DNA of 63,795 nt, the filler included, from Octopus bimaculoides (lineage: Eukaryota): the NCBI RefSeq assembly GCF_001194135.2. It is 4 parts of 4 records of this genome, joined end to end, with 100 filler letters (N's around TTAATTAATTAA, not from the genome) between each part and the next. Parts side by side here need not be neighbours in the genome. Positions count along the whole stretch, not along the records: positions 44,086 to 60,788 come from NC_068985.1; positions 60,889 to 63,795 come from NC_068986.1; 2 more parts are not named here. One strand, given 5' to 3'. Made by a program: the position numbers and the translations under genes. The notes under the pieces were generated by a model. It worked only from the letters and a program-made list of their open reading frames with translations, was not told the DNA's origin and did not search any database. Positions 51,904 through 63,795 of the stretch are shown here, one piece after another. Numbering within the stretch: the first letter of the stretch is position 1; each line of letters begins with the position of its first letter.

Positions 51904-51970
51904 TTATTTATCCATCCATCCATCCATATATACATACATACACACATACATACATACATACATACATACA

Positions 51971-52002
<32 letters not shown>

Positions 52003-52065
52003 CATACATACATACATACATACATACATACATGCATACATACATGCATACATACATACATATGC
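51840..52065. repeat. (TATC)n then (TACA)n microsatellite
   Basis: Direct inspection. Confidence 0.95.
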
Positions 52066-52649
52066 GGAATTTTAACCTCAAATCTACACGCTATTTTTGT
52101 GTTTCTTTATATACTTCGAGTTTGACCATTAGAAATAAACTAGTAGAGATACCCGGTGTTACTCAGGATTAAAATGGCATAGTTCCGTTGAAATTGATGA
52201 CACGGGGAAAGTGAAGCGTTGACGACAAAACATTTGTGGAATAAATGACGAGCTTATTCGACTAAGCGACATGTCATGCATCCGTTTCGAGGAATCCAGG
52301 CCCTAAAACTGTCATGGAAAATTGGGGTTGGTGGGGATAGGGTGTGGGGTGACTTTTTTAACGCACCGAAAAGCTGTCAGTCTATATACTCTCCTTTGCG
52401 GCAGTCGGCACTACGTCTAACAGGACCCATCATATGGTTGACAGTCGAATGAATATAGGTGTAATGAAGATAGTGTACGTAAATGGGTACATTCAGCAAA
52501 CGGGCTCAAATGGGTGAGGACAACGGGGAAGTGAACTGCTGAAATGTTGCAGAAGGGGAAGGGTTGACATTAGATTGCTGGTGTAGCTGTAGAAAAAGAA
52601 ACATAAACTGAACCACACACACACTCACAGACCCATATACAAAGTGTGA

Positions 52650-54090
52650 CGACACTCACATACATACAGTAAGATAGAGACATACATAGCTTTTCACCTC
52701 ATTGTTTTTTTCAGTCGTCACATATGTATGTGTAAAAGTGTGTTTTAATCCAAATAAAGTAGAAATTATCACACTTACAGACACATACACTCTCACATAC
52801 ATATAGTAAGAGAAACACACAGACATACATTCACGCATGTCAGTGATCACATATCTATGCGTATGTATAGATGTATGTGTGTGTGTTTAATAAAGTAGGA
52901 AACGTGGAAACACACTCACACGCATACACAGACATAGACACATTGATACACCCACACACATACAGTCACAGACACATACAGACATATATACAAAATCTGA
53001 CGTAACGTGGTATAAAATTCCCTTTACTATCTCGTACGTAGAGAACGCGCAAACACACACAGACACATACATACTCATATAAAATGTCCTGTACCATAGT
53101 TGAATATAGAAACATTATCTCTATGAAATGTTATATTGTTTTAGTCGAAATGAAAAAATAATTATATGTTGACAGTCGCGGGATATAATACTATATAGTA
53201 AGAGAGACATACACATACATACATTGACGCATGTTAGTCGTCACATATGTATATGTATGTGTAGATGTGTGTGTATGCTTAATAACGTACCTAATGTGGA
53301 AACACTCACACACTCACCGACACATACAGACTCATACACTCACACACATACACTCTCAGAGACATACACAATCATATGCAAAATGTGATGTCGTAGAGGT
53401 TGTGGTATAAAGTGTACTGTGCTATAGTTGACTAAAAAAGATTATCTCTATATAATGTTATATTGTTTTAATCGAAATCAAAACAAAAAGATTACATGTT
53501 GACACTCGAGGGCATTCTAATGCTGTTAGCTTGTAAAATATGATTTGATTTGATCAAACCGTTTGAGAATGCATACGGAACAGACAGAGAGACAAAGAAT
53601 TTCAGAGACACATACAAACATACATTCTCGAATGTCAGTCGTCACATATGTATATGCATGTGTAGATGTGTGAGTGTGTTTAATAACGTATCGAATGCGG
53701 AAACTCACACACCCATAGACACTAACACACTCATTCGCTTACAAACATACAATTACAAACACATAGACTCTCATACACTCACGCACATACAATCACAGAC
53801 ACATACAATCACAGACACATACAATCACAGACACATACAATCACAGACACATACAATCACAGACACATACACACTTATTTACAAAATATGACGTTGCCGT
53901 CGTGATGGTGGTATAAAATGTCCTGTAGTATAGTTGACTATAGAAAGATTATCCCTACAAAATGTTATATTGCTTTAAATGAAATGGAAAAAATTACATG
54001 TTGACACTCGTAAAATTTGATTTGATTTTGTCGAGCAATTTGAGAATGCATAGGAAGCAGACAGACAAACAATTTTGCATATATAGATTA
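52650..54090. repeat. Degenerate tandem array of an approximately 400-bp unit (3 full copies, 1 partial)
   Basis: Anchor cg.atgt.agt..tcacata at 52834, 53228 and 53629. Second anchor aatgttatattg at about 53127, 53454 and 53961. A 16-bp minisatellite lies at about 53784-53872. Confidence 0.85.
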
Positions 54091-54149
54091 TTCCACGTTC
54101 TCTCCCAGTGTGAAGATTCTTATGAAGTAAAACATATGCGTATATGTGT

Positions 54150-54500
54150 TTTGGGTGGCAGGAGGAAAATAGAAGTTACTGATTTGAGTCCGTCAACATT
54201 TCTATTAAGTTTCTTATTGGTTGACCTGTTTAGAAACTACTTATTTCAGTATGGACACTGATATATATCGACATGAAGAGGGTTTAGCTATGGGTTCGCC
54301 ATTATTATCGATAATAGCCAATATATACATGGAATACTTTGAGAATTTGGCTTTAGGATCAACACCACTAAAACCAACTTTATGGCTGCGATATGTGGAT
54401 GACACCTTCATTCTTTGGTCCCACCAGGAAGATGTCCAAGTGTTGTTAGATCATGTGAGCACAATAAGGCCATCCATACAGTTCACAATAGAAAAGGTGA
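54150..54500 (+). mobile_element. Penelope-like RT core fragment
   Basis: TYFSMDTDIYRHEEGLAMGSPLLSIIANIYMEYFE...LWLRYVDDTFILW...PSIQFTIE. Confidence 0.92.
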
Positions 54501-55232
54501 TCGCTACATTCCACAATAAGAACTCAATGATGCCAAATATCAATATTCAAATGCATTCATACATACATGTATATGCACAAATATGCGTATAAATCATATA
54601 TATGTGTGTATGCACATGTATATTTGTGCATGCGTGAGAGCATAATGTAGTCCTTTTCAAGAAAACCAAAAGACAAGTGAGCTTTTGGTATTTACACTGC
54701 CCAAATTGCCGCAAAAATGCATTGAGCTACTGTTTGGCCAGTTGTAAGCCCATAACTAATCCCTGTATAGTTGAAAAATTTTCAGTATATAAAAATTAAT
54801 AATAAATAATCCAATCTAAGTAGTTTAAAGACGATATTCGAATAATTTATTGTTAACAAGGAATTTTTGCAAAACAAATTTCTTGAAATTTTGCCAAACA
54901 ATTGCCTGATGGGATAGCGCTAAATGAATGGCAAATTCTCAAACTATGCATACCGTTAAGGCTTGAAAGACGGTCTCTAATCCACGATATTTATGACACT
55001 ATCGATATACAAATATTTTAGATTGAATACGTTTTATATTTATTGATAAATTATTGAATATCTGTTCCACAGAGTCGATGTATATTTGTATTCATCCCCC
55101 GATAATATTGCTTTCTTCCATCTTGTAATGACTTTAAATCATTTATATTAGTTTTTCTGGCGACAAAATACATTTCTTAGATACCTTAGATAATTTTCAG
55201 TCAGCCAAGACAGTTATTTAAAGGCATCAAAC

Positions 55233-55316
<84 letters not shown>

Positions 55317-55539
55317 ATGTATGTTTCCCGTAAAAGTAGTGAAAGAAGCAATTCTTGTGGAAAATATCACGAGGGATAGACGTCTTTTCAGACATATTTC
55401 TAACGAACAACTCTGACGCAGACCAATGCTTATGGTGGCTAATACGAATTCTTACAATATATGTCAAGCATTTATTTTATATACGAAGGGAAAGAAAAGG
55501 TAATTCAGAGCTATTAAATTACATCCCCCATTCCTTCAC

Positions 55540-55581
<42 letters not shown>

Positions 55582-56194
55582 CTCCATTTACATATTATTA
55601 GAGTCACAAATATATAGTGGTCTGGTATAGCATTCTGTATAAGTAACTTAACGAAGATATACTATAGAGAGTGATAAAATTGCAGTATTCGTCTTGAGAA
55701 AGCTTCTCATATAGACGTACACTGTTAAAAAGCACAGTATAAAGCAAAAAGCATCCAATAGCGGTAGTGGAATTGCTAAATCATAATTTCTGCCTCTTTT
55801 CACATCATCAGTAGTTAATATTTGTACTTATATAGAAAAGGATTATCAACAAATTTTTACCGATCCGGCCAGCTATTTGCGATATTGTTGATTCTTTTAA
55901 ATCACCATTTTGCTATATCAGTAGAAGCTGTATTTGCTTGCGCATGCGATTGATAATACATTTTTGTTACTGCTGACATGGAAAAACATAGAAGCCATAA
56001 TTTTGCCAAACTGCCTCCAGTGCTGGACATTTTCCATCTGCTACTGATAAACCTCTGTGCTTTCTAGGACTATGAATCTATACGAAAAGCTTTATCGACG
56101 AATGCTGCACTTTTCTGGTTTTCGATATGTGCATGTCTGTCTGTCTGTCTGTCTGTCTGTATGTATGTATGTATGTTTGTCTGTATGTATGTAT

Positions 56195-56486
56195 GCGTGG
56201 CTGTGTAGAGAGAAGCTTGCCTCCCAACTACACGGTTCAGAGCTCAGTCCCACTGCGTGGCATTTTGGGCAAGTTTCTTCTTCTATAGCCTCGAGCCGAC
56301 CAAAGCTCTGTGAGTAGATTTGGTAGACGCAAACTGAAAGAAGCCCGTCATATATATGTGTATATACATATATGTGTGTGCGTGTCTTTGTGCCTATGTT
56401 TGATCTCTCTACCGCTTGGCAACTAGTGCTGATGTGTTTAGTTCTCCGTAACTTAACGGTTCGACAAAAGACCGATCGAATAAGTA
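56195..56486 (+). mobile_element. SINE family A, 3'-truncated at the PLE composite
   Basis: tRNA-like head, CORE-like tgggcaagt, internal microsatellite, and body up to gaataagta. Confidence 0.85.
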
Positions 56487-59101
56487 TCCAGCAACCTCAA
56501 TTACAATTAGCTCATAACTGAGGATCAATTTCTTGAAAAAAAAAGGACTTGTCACCTGATTTTTGAAGTCTTGAAGACGAAGGTCCCGAGTTGTTCTATC
56601 AGACACTATTGTGTAAATCCTCTTTGCCAAATTGAAAGTGATATTTATTTTTATGTGTTTCGAGTGGCATGAGCTAAGACGGAGATATTATTTCGAGTCC
56701 GTTGGTTTACGATAGATGTCAGTTATGGTTTGATTGTTGACTTTTTTTATAATGATGTCTAAAAATGGGAGCTGTATTTTGTTATATTCCATTGTGAATT
56801 GAATGTTACTATTTATATCATTTAGTGTTGCTTTTTGCATTTGATGAGTTTGTGCGTTTTCAGGATGTCGTTCATTTTTGGATCTCTAGTTAGTAAAGGA
56901 AAGTTTTGCACAATAGTATTGAATGCCTCACTGTTTCTGGGGTTGTGTGTTGATATAAATAAATGTTTTGAGATGAACTGTGGTGTAATGTTTTGTTGTT
57001 TAATTCCTTCGTCTATAAGTGAGGGTGGATATTCTTTCAGTAAGCGTTGTTTTGAGGTCTTGAAGACGAGGTCCCGAGTTCTTCTATCAGACACTACTGT
57101 GCAAATCCACTTTGCCAAATTGAAAGGGATATTTATTTTGATGTGTTTCGGGGGGCATGAACTAAAGAGGAGATATTGTTTAGAATCAGTTGGTTTATAA
57201 TAGATGTCAGTTATGATTTGATTGTTGACTTTTTTTATAATGATGTCTAAAAATGGGAGCTGTTCTTTGTTATATTCCATTATGAATTGATTGTTACTAT
57301 TTATATCATTTACTGTTGATTTGAAATTCAAAAGTTTGTCGATGTTCTCCTTCCAAATCATAAAACAGTCATCCAGATATCTTTATCTTTTCCAATTTTC
57401 TCTTATGTAAAGGTAAAATGTGTAACCATATTTCTGAAGTGATACTTCATATAAGGTGAATTCAAAATAACCCATTATTAGGTTCGCAAGAACAGGGGCT
57501 GCTTTCGTACCCATCGCAATTCCGAATTACTGACGATAGTATGTGTCATCAAATAGAAAATAATTGTTCTGTAGTATAAATGTTAAAGATTCAATAATAA
57601 AGATCTGATTTATGCGTTCCAGGAGTATTTTGGGGGTACTTTTCCAACCAGAATTTAATTGCTTTTATTCCATAATCATGTGGGATGTTGGTGTAAAGAT
57701 TGATAACAACGAGGATAAACAACACTGCCTCTTCATTAATTGTTTTGGTAGGTGTTCTAGTATGTCTAAATCGTCTCTAATGAAACTTTTGATGTATTTC
57801 AGCAAGGGTTTCAGTAGGATGTCTAGAAAATTGCTTAGGCGGTGGGTTTCATAGGCTGGCTCAGCTACAATGGGCCTTAAAGTTAAGTCTTCTGGTGTTT
57901 GGATATTTATGTATTTGCCTGGTGTTTGTTTGCAGGCTTCATTGATTATCTTGCTCTGGTGTATTTTAGGAAGGCCGTAAAAAAAACTGGGTTTGCATTT
58001 GAAGTTCGTGATGTAGTCTGTTTCTTTTTCTGTCAGGCCTTTTCCCTGTAGAAGAATTAAGGATGCAAGATTTTTCATTGTTTTTGTTGTTTATAGTTTA
58101 TAACTTTTTCGTAGAAGGCTTCGTTTTCTAGTATGGATAATACTAGGTTTTTATAGTGTTCTGTGTCCATCAAAACTACAGCACTTCCTTTGTCTGCTTC
58201 TTTAATTGTCAGGTCTTTGCCGTTTTGTAGTTCGATTAGATTTTTCAAAACTAGATTGTTGAGGTCCGAATTAATTTTCCGTTTATGGGATGTATAAGGG
58301 AAATTTTGGATATGGTCGCAGAAGTCATCCAATGTTTTATTCCTACCCTTATGTGGAAGGTAATTACTTCTGTTTTTGACTAGTGATTCATCCTGGTTGT
58401 TGTAGTCAGTTAGTGCTTCTGCGACCAGAGTTTTCTGCAGAATTTCGAAATATTGTCTATAATTTCATTATGGTTATATCTTCGTCGGGTCGGAGTAAAC
58501 TTTAAACCTTTGGCTAGTATATTGATTTTTGTTATAGAGAGAGTTTTCTTTGATAAGTTAATTACTTTGGGTTTCTCCTATAAGTTTTGTTCCAACGTGT
58601 GTCTCTGTTTCTCTCCATTTGGTCTAAAAAAATGTTTATTGTAATTTGGTTGGTATAAGTTATTATTGATGTTATTATTGTTATTAAGGAAATCAGTATT
58701 ATTAATACTTGTTATATTGGGATTACTGGGGGTTGGTGTTGCTGCCTGGGTAAACTTATTGGGAGCACGTGGTTAGGGTTTCTTCGTTGGAATGAATTGT
58801 TGGGGTGCTTATTTATGTTTGGAATGCTGGGGAGCTGGTTGTACTCAACAATCAAACCATAACTGACATCTATTATAAACCAACTGATTCTAAACAATAT
58901 CTCCTCTTTAGCTCATGCCACCCGAAACACATCAAAATAAATATCACTTTCAATTTGGCGAAAAGGATTTGCACAATAGTGTCTGATAGAACAACTCGGG
59001 ACCTTCGTCTTCAAGACCTTAAAAGTCAAGTGACAGGTCCTTTTTCTGTTCAAGAAATTTATCCTCAACTATGAGTCGATTGTATTTGAGGTTGCTGGAT
59101 A
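56485..59101 (-). mobile_element. Near full-length degraded Penelope-like element with duplicated and inverted RT-thumb segments
   Basis: Body 56822-58844 (-): ILAKGLKFTPT, IKEADKGSAVVLMD, FYGLPKIH, LRPIV, GIAMGTKAAP..ANLIMGYFE, RYLDDCF, LPFLD, DIYYKPTDSKQYL. Thumb copies at 56485-56830 (-) and 58845-59101 (+). Confidence 0.9.
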
Positions 59102-59814
59102 ATTTTTGTATTTAGCAATCAATATGCTGTTCTCTGTTAGATTCCAAGTTAATTTTTCCCACACTGATGTCTAATCTGATAATTTTCAAAAAAAAAAAAA
59201 AAATGAGAACTAAAATGAGGTAAAATGAGTAATGCTTTATTTCAGTAATTGGCTCACTTAATCTGCATGGAGCGTTAATATATCACGAAGAGAGACAATC
59301 CCGAAGATCGTGAAGACGCTATAGGGAATATCTTATGTGGAATTTTTTTTTTTGTAGAGTTTCGTTATTTTTCATATTATGTAACATTTTCTTCCGATCT
59401 TCTTTCATTTGACTTAAATATTAAACCGTTTTTTTTCTTTCTTTTTTTTGCATTTATGATCTTTCTCCTCTCTAAGGATAGATATTGATATGTATGAGTC
59501 TGTTTTCTCCAGAATCGAATGGAAAATTTACCTTGTCTTGGCTTACTCATTTTACCCCAGCCAAATCCGTCTTTTATATGCTCAAAGAGATGATTTTCTG
59601 AAATAATGATCAGATTATGTCATAATGCTTTAAATGCATTTAGGGAAGGCCATTTGCTTAGCTGATATAAGATTTATAAGGTAGTGAACATTTGTATAAA
59701 ATATATTTTATCTGTAAGTCAAAAATGCAGTAAAAACACTTCATTCCCCCACCCCATATGTGTGTGCGCACGCATGTGTGTGTGTCTGTTTGCGTGTGTG
59801 TGTCTATGAGTGTA

Positions 59815-59890
<76 letters not shown>

Positions 59891-60415
59891 TGTGTGTGTA
59901 TTTTCAGAATTCAGACAGTGAAGGATCCAAGGTACAGAATGCAAGCAGAAATACATACCAAATAAGTCATGGTTTTAACTCTATTTTACAAATAAACCTA
60001 ATGCAGTGTCAATTATTGGATAATTAAAAGAGGAGTCATGTTACGATAAGGAAGAAGACATAAGCATAAAAAAGAAAAACAATGTCGGAAATCTTTTAAG
60101 TTAGATTACATTCTGGTAAAAATTCCTTCGCTAAATACGCCATGTTCTTGTAATTTGAAACCAATTTAGGAAAAACTATAGAAAAGAAACGTAAAAGGAG
60201 CACGTATATCTGATACATTATCCAACTGAATTTTTCCAGACTCAAGACAAATATACTGGGTCTATTATGTTCCAATTAAATGTAATTTTCTAGCATCAAC
60301 AACGAATAGATTAGCATTAAAGTTTAAAGTAACAATAATATAACAGAATTTATAGCGTTTACATCTATTTTTTTCCAGTTAATGTCGTTTGTAACATAAT
60401 TTAGTTTTAGATAGT

Positions 60416-60788
60416 GGAGACGCAATGGCCCAGTGGTTACGGCAGCGGACTCGCGGTCATAGGAGCGCGGTTTCGATTCCCAGACCGAGCGTTGTGAGTG
60501 TTTATTGAGCGAAAACACCTAAAGCTCCACGAGGCTCCGGCAGGAGATGGTGGCGAACCCTGCTGTATTCTTCCACCACAACTTTCTCTCACTCTTTCTT
60601 CCTGTTTCTGTTGTACCTGTATTTCTAAGGGCCATCTTTGTCACACTGTGTCACGCTGAATATCCCCGAGAACTACGTTAAGGGTACACGTGTCTGTGGA
60701 GTGCTCAACCACTTGCACATTAATTTCACGAGCAGGCTGTACCGTTGATTGGATCAACTGGAACCTTCGACGTTGTAAGCGACGGAGT
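60416..60788 (+). mobile_element. SINE family C, essentially full length
   Basis: A box TGGCCCAGTGG, B-box-like GGTTTCGATTCC, body ending gacggagt at the linker. Confidence 0.92.
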
Positions 60789-60888
60789 NNNNNNNNNNNN
60801 NNNNNNNNNNNNNNNNNNNNNNNNNNNNNNNNTTAATTAATTAANNNNNNNNNNNNNNNNNNNNNNNNNNNNNNNNNNNNNNNNNNNN
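60789..60888. other. Artificial scaffold linker
   Basis: 44 N + TTAATTAATTAA (60833-60844) + 44 N. Confidence 0.97.
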
Positions 60889-60927
<39 letters not shown>

Positions 60928-61123
60928 GCATGTATATGTGTGCGTATGTGATATATATGTTTATATGTGTGTCTGTGTACATATTTAAAAGCAACAGTAA
61001 CAAAAAGCTATTGTTTTATGATAAATCTAAGTATGATGTTGTGGTTTATTCCATTTGGAGTTTCTTTCTGTAGATAATGGTTGTATCTATTGCTGCATGC
61101 TCTTTTCTTTTCTTTTCGTTCTC

Positions 61124-61160
<37 letters not shown>

Positions 61161-61289
61161 TGTTTTTCTCTTCTTTTCAACTTTGATAAATTTCTAATGA
61201 AACACACATTTCTGTTAAGCAACTTGTGGCTTTAGCTTTTAATCTTTATATGTGTTTGTTTGTTTTGTTGATCTGAACTGGAATGGTTT

Positions 61290-61560
61290 TGCTGATAGGT
61301 TTTTCTCAAGGAATGGTGCTGAGTGAAGCGAACACAGTCAAATTAATGCTGGTAATATTCACTTTGGAAAGTCAAAGATTTATATCTGATGAAAATGTCT
61401 TCAGGGAAGGCAAGGGCCAGGAGTGGTTTATAACAAGAGTTGATGGGAATACATGAACAAAGACTGAACTCCAGTTTCAGTATTTGATGTGGAAATACTT
61501 CGGTTTAAAGCTAGTGGAATTTACCAGAGCAGGGATAGAAGTTTTAACAATGATTTTTGA
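61290..61560 (-). mobile_element. CR1-like 3' end relic
   Basis: W.LP.EDIF..DINL.LSKVNITSIN across frameshifts, resembling the LWNSLP..IFP..NLQ.FK CR1 terminus. Confidence 0.4.
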
Positions 61561-61675
61561 GACATACATGGCTAATCATGGAGTTCTGGAGTAATGCAGT
61601 ATTCTGTTCTAACAAAACATCCACATTATCTTGGAGATAAAAAATTGCCTTCTAGTAGTAATACTGTTTCTGTTT

Positions 61676-61894
61676 CTTTTTACTCTTTTACTTGTTTCAG
61701 TCATTTGACTGTGGCCATGCTGGAGCACCGCCTTTAGTCGAGCAAATCGACCCCAGGACTTATTCTTTGTAAGCCTAGTACTTATTCTATCGGTCTCTTT
61801 TTGCTGAACCGTGAAGTTACGAGGACGTAAACACACCAGCATTGGTTGTCAAGCGAAGTTGGAGGGACAAACACAGACACACAAACATGTACAC

Positions 61895-61943
<49 letters not shown>

Positions 61944-62103
61944 TATACAATGGGCTTTTTTCAGTTTCCATCTACCAAATCCACTCACAAGGCTTTGGTC
62001 GGCCCGAGGCTATAGTAGAAGACACTTGCCCAAGGTGCCATGCAGTGGGGCTGAACCCAGAACCATGTGGTTGGTAAGCAAGCTACTTACCACACAGCCA
62101 CTC
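61676..62103 (-). mobile_element. SINE family A, full length (CORE-SINE, probably OR2-like)
   Basis: Minus strand: tRNA-like head, CORE-like gtggcaccttgggcaagtgtctt (MIR-core-like), internal (AT)/(GT) tract, 3' body and (TAAAAGA)n tail. Confidence 0.93.
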
Positions 62104-62108
62104 ATTGT

Positions 62109-62258
62109 GGAGGCGCAATGGCCCAATGATTATGGCAGCGGACTCGCGGTCATAGGATCGCGGTTTCGATTCCCAGACCATGCGTTGTGAGTGTTTATTG
62201 AGCGAAAACACCTAAAGCTCTACGAAGCTCCGGCAGGGGATAGTGGCGATCCCTGCTG
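62109..62258 (+). mobile_element. SINE family C 5' fragment
   Basis: Matches 60416-60570. Confidence 0.9.
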
Positions 62259-62317
62259 TAAGAAAAGACAAGAGAGAGAAAAAGAGAAAGAAAAGAAAAA
62301 GAAAGAAGAAAAAAAAA

Positions 62318-62548
62318 GGCGGTGAGCTGGCAGAAACGTTAGCATGCCAGGCGAAATGCTTAGCGGTATTTTGTCTGCCGCTACGTTCTGAGTTCAAATT
62401 CCGTCAAGGTCGACTTTGCCTTCCATCCTTTCGGGGTCGATTAAATAAGTACCAGTTACGCACTGGGGTTGATATAATCGACTTAATCCGTTTGTCTGTC
62501 TTAGTTTGTCCCCTCTGTGTGTAGCCCCTTGTGGGTAGTAAAGAAATA
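62318..62548 (+). mobile_element. SINE family B, full length
   Basis: ggcggtgagctggcagaaacgttagc...gttcaaattcc...ggtcgactttgccttccatcctttcggggtcgat...gtaaagaaata. Confidence 0.93.
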
Positions 62549-63313
62549 ACACAGCCACTCCTGCTGGTAACTATTTGCTGATGTGTAGCCACATATCCAT
62601 CCTTATTATGTAGATCAAAGACATTCCAGCAATGACCATCTCATCTTTAATTCTTCACACAAAGTGTATCTAAGCTGGATGTTATTCGATAGAAATTTTG
62701 CTACTATTTCTGGCAAGTCAGACAATTTCATAAAAGATCCCTCACTGACTTGTCTGACACTTGATTTCAGTACTGAGGTGAACTTGAACTGTAGAAGGAA
62801 TGTCTCTGCAGTCACTTGACTTCCTAGAAATAGTAGCCAAATCTCCCCTGAATCATACACTACTCTCTTTATAGAAGAAAACATTGGATGATATAATCCT
62901 GGGTTTACTGTGCACAAGCACAAAAATACTAGATGATCATGCCAGGAAATCATTTAATCGTACATCTGCTTGATAAGAGCTACCTTGGAAGTAAACAACG
63001 TTTTAAGTGAGCTAAGATATGTAGAATAACTTATCAGCAAAGAATTTGAACTCATTAACCCAATAATGAAGTAGTCTAACAACCTTTTGTCAGTTGTCTC
63101 TTTGAACCTGAATATTCCTATTCTAAGAGTTATTTTATTGAATTCTCTCTGGAGAGAAGCTAAGTCAATGTTTAACAGGTTTCAACTGGAAATTGTTCAG
63201 AAATTAACACTGTAGACCTTAAATAGAGTGAAATCTTGGCATATTTTGTTAGTGATTTTCATAACGTTGTAGTAAATCTTAGTCAATGTGATAAAAGTAA
63301 TGTCAAGGAAACA

Positions 63314-63532
63314 CGAAGGGGTGCTGTAAAGTTCCTGGCTTTGGGTAAAAGAAAATACAGGAGGATCAGTTGATTATGCTTCTAGTCAACATATTCCCCC
63401 TTATCAGATTCACACACTTAATGCTGCGGCCCTTCAGTTTTTCTAAGCCCTGTAAAAGAACTCGGAAAGTTGAGCCTTCAACCAAGCCTTTCGTGATACC
63501 CTTAAAGCCAGGAACTTTTCAGCACACCCTCG
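63314..63532. mobile_element. 219-bp mariner-type MITE
   Basis: Imperfect TIRs CGAAGGGGTGCTGTAAAGTTCCTGGCTTT / AAAGCCAGGAACTTTTCAGCACACCCTCG, followed by TA. Confidence 0.85.
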
Positions 63533-63742
63533 TATTTTATCATCATCATTGTTGTCATCATTGTCATTGCCATTATTGTTACCGTTCATCGTCATCGTTG
63601 TCATTGTCACTGTTCGTCATCATTGTTGTCATTCTTCATTATCGTCATTGTCATCATCATCATCATCATCCCAGAAGTTCAACTTTAGTTTCCAGTGCTG
63701 AGTTCAAATCCCACTGATGTCAGCTTTGCATCCTTGGGGAGA

Positions 63743-63783
<41 letters not shown>

Positions 63784-63795
63784 AGAGGGGGGGGG

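Noticed and set aside
52139-52420. Helitron/Helentron-like start (aactag..acccgg.gtt.ctc.gg)
   Set aside because: No matching 3' hairpin or terminus and no second copy in the window, so it cannot be supported.
15091-53891. Dozens of ORFs rich in HT, YI, CV, poly-H, poly-T or poly-V
   Set aside because: They are translations of (CA)n, (TA)n, (GT)n and trinucleotide microsatellites, not proteins.
60416-60490. tRNA gene (also at 34197, 62109, 23730-23805 and 62030-62103)
   Set aside because: A and B boxes are present but continue into SINE bodies, with no complete cloverleaf or Pol III terminator.
1-63795. CRISPR array or prokaryotic operon or defence system
   Set aside because: No regularly spaced repeat-spacer array and no gene-dense region. 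The sequence is eukaryotic repeat-rich DNA.

Overview
AT-rich, microsatellite-saturated, gappy animal genomic DNA. It is most likely Octopus, inferred from its characteristic tRNA-derived SINE families and repeat landscape; I could not run a search to confirm. No host gene, rRNA, true tRNA or CRISPR array can be called with confidence. Nearly all provided ORFs are translated simple repeats, N gaps or transposon relics. Three 100-bp linkers (44 N + TTAATTAATTAA + 44 N) divide the window into four separately assembled blocks. Recognisable content: an internally deleted Gypsy LTR element with a tRNA-Trp PBS and ATAT TSD (4890-7443); RTE, CR1 and R4/Dong LINE fragments; many Penelope-like element (PLE) fragments, some with hammerhead-like motifs; mariner relics and several MITEs; and three or four modular SINE families. 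The most notable structures are a 568-bp foldback MITE with a telomere-repeat palindrome at its centre, an LTR that ends in a 50-nt hairpin and non-canonical TA with an extended tRNA-Trp complement beside it, and a PLE bracketed by inverted copies of its own RT-thumb region. I found no evidence of a novel multi-gene system. Relic boundaries are approximate unless defined by TIRs, TSDs or gaps.
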